The position numbers and the translations under genes were made by a program. Source: Variovorax sp. (GTDB taxonomy: Bacteria > Pseudomonadota > Gammaproteobacteria > Burkholderiales > Burkholderiaceae_C). From it: a stretch of DNA of 64,000 nt. Below, in pieces: positions 58,267 through 64,000 of the stretch. How positions within the stretch are numbered: position 1 is the first letter of the stretch; each line of letters starts with the position of its first letter. The notes below the pieces were generated by a model. That model searched no databases, was not told where the DNA came from, and saw only the letters and a list, made by a program, of their open reading frames with translations. The stretch is from NCBI GenBank assembly GCA_965218415.1, contig CBDCKT010000003.1:1896904-1960903 (forward strand). Direction: 5' to 3'.

Positions 58267-60396
58267 TCAAATCCGCGGCGTCATCCGCAAGCTCCCGCGC
58301 GGCCGGGGGGCGCTGTCCGCGAGTGACGCGGTGGCGGGATGCAGCAAGCCGCCGACGCTGCGAAGTTCGTCGAGACACCGCTGCGCGTTGCCGCGGCGGC
58401 AGGGGTCGTAGTTGCGGGCCGATACGGCCGCCAGCACGCTGTTCCAGGTCGGGTCGGGTGGCTGGGTGTAGAGCGGCGCGACCATGGTCTCGACCGCGCC
58501 GAGGAAGGAGCGCAACCGCACATCCTGATGCTGCTTCCAGCCGTCGCTGACGGCACCTTCGATCGGGAAGAAGCGGTCGCCGAGGCGATCGGCGGCAAAT
58601 CGGCCGGCCTCGCTCAGATGGTCGATGTCCTCTTTCGGCATGTTCAGGTTGAGGCCGCCTTCACCGTTGCGCTGACTGATCTGCACGATCCGGTCGCGGT
58701 AGCCGGGGTAGGGGAACAGGCTTTCGTCGCGCCAGTTCTGCATCGTCGAGACGATGCTGACGACGAAATCGATGAGCCCGCCGAAAGCCTGGTCGTCCCG
58801 CGGCGCTTTCCAGTAGCGCAACGCGCCGGGTGTGCCGTTCTCCTCGTCGGGCAGAAAAACGCGCCCGTCTTCGTTGGCTTTGCCGGGCGGCTCCTTGATG
58901 AGGTGGTCCGGATGCTCCTGCTTCAAGTCGACCGCGAAAGTCGGATGGCGCGGCAGCATCGCGTCGAAGAAATGAAGCGGCATGTTGCTTGCGATACCGC
59001 CGTCGGAAAACCAGACCCGCTTCGCATACAGATCGCCGCTACCCTTGTTTTTCACGCGGCTGCGATCGACCGCGTACAGCGGCAGCGCCGACAAGAGCAG
59101 CGGAAAGCTCAGGCTCATGCGCACCGCAAAAACCACCGGCAGATTCGCGTTGGCCGGCAGCAGCGACAGCTTGCGATCGGCCGCGCCGTCGATCCATACG
59201 GTTCGCTCCGATCCGAGCCGGCCCGCTGACTTTTCGGCCCTCGAAACGGTGGCTAGCCAATCGGCGATGCGGTTCGGAAACATCCCGTGCATTTCGGCCG
59301 AGTCGAAGTACAGCGACACGTCGTCGCGAAACGGAATCGCATAGCACAGGTGCTGGCTGACCGCGGTGGTCATCATCTCGAGGTTGACTTTGCGATCCTG
59401 CGGCGCGACGTCGCCGAACAGCGCACCGTCGCGCGGCGCACCCCAGAGATCGCCGAAGCACAGCGGGTGGTCGGCATTTTCGATGCCGGCCAGTTCATCG
59501 AGGTAGGTCGCGAGCCAATCGGTCAGGCCGGCGGGTGTTTTCGCATCGTTCTTCGGCTCGTCTTTGCGGCCGCTCTTCGCCACCACGGTGCGTCCGCTGC
59601 AAAGGCCCCAGCCGTTGGTGTGCAGACCCGCGACCAGCGTTGTCGCGAAGCGCAGCCCCGCGAGCAGCGCCACCAATCCGATCGTCAACGGCGCCGCGAT
59701 GCCGGCAGCCACCGCGGCGGCCCACAAGCGAAGCCGATCGGGCGAATCGGTGACGAGGAACAGCGCAAGCGCGGTCACGGCAACGCCCGCCAGCCACCAG
59801 CCGCCGATCCAGAGCCATGGCGACGCCTTCAATTTCTCCAGCCGCCGCGATCCGAGAAAGGCCCAGGACCACCATGCGGCCGTGATCGCGAAGGCCCCCG
59901 TCGCAGCAGCCGGCAAGCTCGCCCCCGGCCATGCCATGACGACCACCGGCGTGAACAGCAGCAGAGCCAGCAGCAGGCCGAGACCCGCCGTGGCCCAGAA
60001 CTGCCGCACCATCGCGATCGACGCCCGGCCGACTGCCGCGAGCGGCGAACTGTTCAGCATGCTCATGAGCACGGCGAAGTGGCTCGCCACCGCGGGCGCG
60101 GGTTGAAACAGGTGGAACAACATCGAGCCGACACCGGTACTGCCGGCCGGCGCTCCCAGCTCGTCCGGCAGCATGCCGAGCTTCTCGAAACCGCTCGCAT
60201 CGCCCCGCGTGAGTCGGCGGTGCTCGGCCGCAGCCGCAGCCGCAGCCGCGATCGCGCCGGCCGAAGTGCCGCCGAGATTCTTGAACTGAAAACGACTGGC
60301 CAGCGCTTCGATCATGCGTGGATAAACCACGCCGCTCGTGATGCCGCCTTTCATCACGAGGTCGCAGGGCGCTTCGGGAATCGGGACATCGCTCAT
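58267..60396 (-). CDS. Patatin-like phospholipase with a multi-TM insertion (SuhR-like architecture)
   Basis: CDLVMKGGITSGVVY, GGTSAGA, AVRMSLSFP and SDGGIASN motifs; hydrophobic helices at about residues 115-255. Confidence 0.8.
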   Translation of the reverse strand: MSDVPIPEAPCDLVMKGGITSGVVYPRMIEALASRFQFKNLGGTSAGAIAAAAAAAAEHRRLTRGDASGFEKLGMLPDELGAPAGSTGVGSMLFHLFQPAPAVASHFAVLMSMLNSSPLAAVGRASIAMVRQFWATAGLGLLLALLLFTPVVVMAWPGASLPAAATGAFAITAAWWSWAFLGSRRLEKLKASPWLWIGGWWLAGVAVTALALFLVTDSPDRLRLWAAAVAAGIAAPLTIGLVALLAGLRFATTLVAGLHTNGWGLCSGRTVVAKSGRKDEPKNDAKTPAGLTDWLATYLDELAGIENADHPLCFGDLWGAPRDGALFGDVAPQDRKVNLEMMTTAVSQHLCYAIPFRDDVSLYFDSAEMHGMFPNRIADWLATVSRAEKSAGRLGSERTVWIDGAADRKLSLLPANANLPVVFAVRMSLSFPLLLSALPLYAVDRSRVKNKGSGDLYAKRVWFSDGGIASNMPLHFFDAMLPRHPTFAVDLKQEHPDHLIKEPPGKANEDGRVFLPDEENGTPGALRYWKAPRDDQAFGGLIDFVVSIVSTMQNWRDESLFPYPGYRDRIVQISQRNGEGGLNLNMPKEDIDHLSEAGRFAADRLGDRFFPIEGAVSDGWKQHQDVRLRSFLGAVETMVAPLYTQPPDPTWNSVLAAVSARNYDPCRRGNAQRCLDELRSVGGLLHPATASLADSAPRPRGSLRMTPRI

Positions 60397-60544
60397 CAGT
60401 TTTCCTCCGGGCAGGGCAACAGCGTCAGGCCGGCCGACGCGATCGATCGCCGCTGAATTCGACGCACGCTTCGCAGGTCGGCGCGTCGGCCATTCTCGAT
60501 TCGACCGCACCCCCGCGCATCCACCGCGGTGAGGAACATGCAGC

Positions 60545-61504
60545 TCAGCGGCAACTGTGCCAGCCGCCCGTCTCCAGATGGAAATGATCGCGATGGACCG
60601 CGTTGTAGTCGGGCCCGAGCACGCCGTCGAACCAGCGGCAGGCGCCGCGATGGGCTTCGCGCAGCAGCGCCGCGGCGGCACCCGAGCCGCTGCCAGAGCC
60701 TGCAGCAGCGCTGCGCCAGTCTTTCAGCACCGAAACACGGCTGCCGTCCGCCAACGTGAATCCTGCGATGTCGAACGCATTGGCCGTTGCATGGCGGCTG
60801 CGCCGGCCGCCGGCTGCATTCGGCGCTGCGCCATCGCCGGTGTTGACGTTGCGGCAGGCGTAGCTGCCGAAGTTGTCGATCGACACCACCGGCGCGCCGA
60901 AATAAAGCCGGGCCGCGGGCTGCAGCGCATGGCGTTCCCACATCGACAGCGACAGCGCCATTGGGCAGCTCAGTGTTAGCGGCCCGCCGAGGCTGATGGC
61001 CGGTCTTTCCAGGTTGTTTGCGCTGTTCGCATCGTTCACGCCGTTTTTGCCGTCGCCGCGCAGCCGCACCGCGTTCTCGAAGCCGCAACCCGGCGCGGTG
61101 ACGCGATCGGCGATGGATTCGTAGCGCAGGCCGGTCTTCGCCAACGCGGCCAGGCAGGACGCGGGCGTGGCACGAGCGCGCGAGAGCTTGAATCCGGTCA
61201 AAAAATTCGGCGGCGCGTGCGTATCGAGCGGCGCCCAGGGGTTGAATCGATCGGGAATCACCAGTGCGCCGCTGTAGACACTGTAGGCCGCGCTTGCGGC
61301 AACCACGCAGCCGACGAGCGCAAGCCAACGGCCGAGCGGCGGTGCGGACGTGGCGCTACCGCGCTGTGGCGTCGCCGGGGTCGGCGCGGCCTCGTCGGCT
61401 TGCCGCGCAGTGCCGGCTCCGGATTCGGACGGCGCGCCGGATCCGGACGGCGAAGCGTCTTCCGCCCCCTCGTCCGACGCGCTTTCCGTTTTGCTTGTTG
61501 CCAT
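60545..61504 (-). CDS. Extensin-like C-terminal domain protein
   Basis: PWAPLD, GSYACRN, SRHATANAFDI, GVLGPDYNAVHRDHFHL; N-terminal TM; start at ATG 61504. Confidence 0.88.
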   Translation of the reverse strand: MATSKTESASDEGAEDASPSGSGAPSESGAGTARQADEAAPTPATPQRGSATSAPPLGRWLALVGCVVAASAAYSVYSGALVIPDRFNPWAPLDTHAPPNFLTGFKLSRARATPASCLAALAKTGLRYESIADRVTAPGCGFENAVRLRGDGKNGVNDANSANNLERPAISLGGPLTLSCPMALSLSMWERHALQPAARLYFGAPVVSIDNFGSYACRNVNTGDGAAPNAAGGRRSRHATANAFDIAGFTLADGSRVSVLKDWRSAAAGSGSGSGAAAALLREAHRGACRWFDGVLGPDYNAVHRDHFHLETGGWHSCR

Positions 61505-61509
61505 CGTCC

Positions 61510-61573
61510 GATATGAGAAGAAAAGCCTTGAAACCCTTACTGAACATGCGCAAGCAGCTACTATAAACATAGC
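61510..61573 (+). repeat. 64-bp dispersed repeat, copy 13 (between divergent genes)
   Basis: GATATGAGAAGAAAAGCCTTGAAACCCTTACTGAACATGCGCAAGCAGCTACTATAAACATAGC. Confidence 0.85.
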
Positions 61574-61721
61574 AACTCAGACGATGCCCGCCGCCACTTG
61601 CCAAATCGCCGAAGATCGCCGACCCTGCCTCAACAGACATTTCAATTCGAGAAAGGTTTCCCGGTATGGCCGATCGATTCGATCTTCGCTCCTATGGCCG
61701 CGCGCTGCGGGCGACCCCGCC

Positions 61722-63182
61722 ATGAGCGCATCCGCCACGCTGAATCAGCTGCGCGAATTCGACGACCTGCCGGGTCCGCGCGGCGTACCGGTGTTCGGCA
61801 ACTTGCTGCAGATCGACTCGACCCGGATGCACCTGCAACTGGAGCAATGGTGCAATGAATATGGCCCGATCTTCAGGTTGCGCCTGGGTCCACGCCGAGT
61901 TGTCGTCGTGGGCGACCACGAGTTGATCGCGACGGCCTTGCGCGATCGACCCGACGGCTTTCGCCGCACCAGCCGGCTCGAACAGGTGTCGAGCGAGCTG
62001 GGCCTGATGGGCGGCGTGTTCGGTGCCAACGGCGACACCTGGCGGCGCCAGCGCCGCATGGTGATGGCAGGCTTCGACCCGGGCAGCATCCGGCGCTACC
62101 ACCCGGCGTTGCAACGGGTCGGAGGGCGCCTTGCCGATCGTTGGCAAACGGCCGCACGCAAGGGTCACACCATCGATCTGCAGGCCGACCTGATGCGCTT
62201 CACGGTCGACACGATCGCGGGTCTGGCGTTCGGCGCCGAAGTCAACACCCTTCAAAGCGACGAAGACGTGATTCAGAAGCACTTGAATCGCATTTTTCCG
62301 GCGCTCTTCAAACGCATCTTCATGCCCCTTCCGCTGTGGCGCTGGTTTCCATCGGCCGAAGACCGCCAATTGACCGCGAGCGTCGCCGAGGTGAATGCGG
62401 CCGTCGACGGCTTCATCGCCGAAGGACGCAAGCGCTTGCAGGCGAATCCCGAACTGCGCGAGCATCCGTCGAACCTGCTCGAAGCCATGCTCATCGCCGC
62501 CGACGAGCCCGGCAGCGGCATCGACGACAAACAGGTCGCCGGCAACGTGCTCACCATGCTGCTGGCCGGTGAAGACACGACTGCGAACACGCTGGCCTGG
62601 ATGATTCACCTGCTATGGCAAAACCCCGATGCGCTGGCCAGCGCAACCGAAGAAGTGCGCAAAGTCTGCGCGGACGGCGCGCCGCCGACCATCGAGCAGA
62701 TCGCTCAGCTCGATTACGTCGAAGCCTGCGCCCACGAGACCATGCGCCTCAAACCCGTGGCGCCGCAGAACAGCATGCAAGCCCTTCGCGACACGACGGT
62801 GGGCGACGTGCAAATCCGCACCGGCATGATCGTGATGGCGGTCATGCGGCGCGATGCGGTCAGCGAAGACCATATTTCAAACGCCGCGCGCTTCGAACCC
62901 GAACGATGGCTGGCCGACGGCCACGCAGGAGCGCATGGTCAGAAGGCCAACTCGGCGCGCCGCGTGTCGATGCCCTTCGGCGCCGGCCCGCGCATCTGCC
63001 CCGGCCGCTATCTGGCGCTGATCGAAATGAAGATGGCGATGTCCGTTTTGCTGAGCCGATTCGACATCGCCGACGTCGGCACGCTCGACGGAAACGAGCC
63101 GCGCGAATTGCTGCAACTGGCGATGGCGCCGGTGGGTTTGACGATGAAGTTGCGCGAGCGGCAGAGGAGCGTTGCAACCTGA
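61722..63182 (+). CDS. Cytochrome P450 (standalone)
   Basis: LPGPRGVPVFGNL, AGEDTT, ETMR, FEPERW and FGAGPRICPG motifs; start at ATG 61722. Confidence 0.95.
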   Translation: MSASATLNQLREFDDLPGPRGVPVFGNLLQIDSTRMHLQLEQWCNEYGPIFRLRLGPRRVVVVGDHELIATALRDRPDGFRRTSRLEQVSSELGLMGGVFGANGDTWRRQRRMVMAGFDPGSIRRYHPALQRVGGRLADRWQTAARKGHTIDLQADLMRFTVDTIAGLAFGAEVNTLQSDEDVIQKHLNRIFPALFKRIFMPLPLWRWFPSAEDRQLTASVAEVNAAVDGFIAEGRKRLQANPELREHPSNLLEAMLIAADEPGSGIDDKQVAGNVLTMLLAGEDTTANTLAWMIHLLWQNPDALASATEEVRKVCADGAPPTIEQIAQLDYVEACAHETMRLKPVAPQNSMQALRDTTVGDVQIRTGMIVMAVMRRDAVSEDHISNAARFEPERWLADGHAGAHGQKANSARRVSMPFGAGPRICPGRYLALIEMKMAMSVLLSRFDIADVGTLDGNEPRELLQLAMAPVGLTMKLRERQRSVAT

Positions 63183-63237
63183 ATGCCGGGTATCTTTCGA
63201 TCCCGAGTTGTCTCATTCATCGTTCGACGCCAAAACC

Positions 63238-63963
63238 ATGACTGCCCTGCAAAACCCCTTCGGCCAACCCATCGGCTCCGCAGTGCCCGGCTGGACCGCG
63301 CGGCCTGTACCCCAACGCAAGGTCCTCGAAGGCCGCACCTGCCGGCTCGAACCGCTCGATGCGCAAAAGCATGCGGCCGATCTGCACCGTGCTTATTCGA
63401 TGGCGCCGGACGGCCGCGACTGGACCTATCTTTTCGTCGAGCGCCACGACAATGTGGACGACTACCGCGCCTATGCCGAACAATGCGCCGCGAGCGCCGA
63501 CCCGATGCATTTCGCTGTCATTGCCAAAGGCGCAGAGCACGCGGGCCACGCCGTTGGAACGATGGCGTTGATGCGCATCGACCCGACGCATGGCGCGATC
63601 GAGGTCGGGAATATCGCACTCTCGCCGCTCGTCAAGGCCACCCCGATGTCGACCGAAGCGCAGTTCCTGCTGATGAAGTACGCCTTCGACGAACTGGGCT
63701 ATCGGCGCTATGAATGGAAGTGCGACAACTTCAACGAACCGTCGAAACGCGCGGCGAAACGGCTCGGGTTCGAATTCGAAGGCGTGTTCCGCCAGGCCGT
63801 GGTCTACAAGGGCCGCAGCCGCGACACCGCCTGGTTCGCCATCATCGATCGTGACTGGCCCGCGCTGCGCACGGCTTTCGAGCACTGGCTCGCGCCCGGG
63901 AACTTCGATGAACAAGGGCGCCAACGCGCGTCGCTCGAAAGTTTCAGAAGCCCCGGCCTTTGA
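63238..63963 (+). CDS. RimJ/RimL (YdaF-like) GNAT N-acetyltransferase
   Basis: LEPLD, WTYLF, GAIEVG, YRRYEWKCD, GFEFEGVFRQ and RDTAWF motifs. Confidence 0.9.
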   Translation: MTALQNPFGQPIGSAVPGWTARPVPQRKVLEGRTCRLEPLDAQKHAADLHRAYSMAPDGRDWTYLFVERHDNVDDYRAYAEQCAASADPMHFAVIAKGAEHAGHAVGTMALMRIDPTHGAIEVGNIALSPLVKATPMSTEAQFLLMKYAFDELGYRRYEWKCDNFNEPSKRAAKRLGFEFEGVFRQAVVYKGRSRDTAWFAIIDRDWPALRTAFEHWLAPGNFDEQGRQRASLESFRSPGL

Positions 63964-64000
63964 TCGCACCCTGGAGCTCGAGCATGCAGATCCGGATGAT

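Noticed and set aside
58267-60396. CBASS CapV-type effector system
   Set aside because: No CD-NTase or other defence gene is adjacent.
61350-61721. N-terminal extension of the P450 ORF, and the MFIVAAC... extension of the extensin ORF
   Set aside because: Both only read through intergenic repeat copy 13 and the opposite gene; better starts are at 61722 and 61504.

Overview
GC-rich chromosomal window of a Burkholderiales betaproteobacterium, most likely Comamonadaceae (inferred from gene content, order and protein style). Core blocks: hppA/ppa, nadE-glnB, an ECF sigma operon, ilvIHC-pssA-leuA with a Leu attenuator, pbpG, aat-bpt, tRNA-Asn, a rearranged thiamine locus with two TPP riboswitches, and cysI-DUF934-cysHDN-fdx-FNR. 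Three things stand out. (1) A six-gene mycosporine-like amino acid (MAA, UV sunscreen) cluster at 26604-33327, in the order mysB-mysC-mysD-mysA, followed by a HAD-like protein lacking its catalytic Asp motif and a TauD-type 2OG/Fe dioxygenase. Such clusters are best known from cyanobacteria, actinobacteria and eukaryotes. (2) A dispersed ~64-bp repeat found 13 times, with core T(G/T)CGC(A/T)NNMA-GCTAT-N7-ATAGC. Five copies lie in frame inside proteins; one of these forms most of a TonB receptor signal peptide. An intergenic copy supplies the pssA ribosome-binding site, and two direct copies bracket the MAA cluster. (3) A second family of long REP-like hairpins (2 copies) inside the ilv and cys operons. 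No integrase, transposase or CRISPR array was seen. All calls come from reading motifs by eye; no database searches were run.
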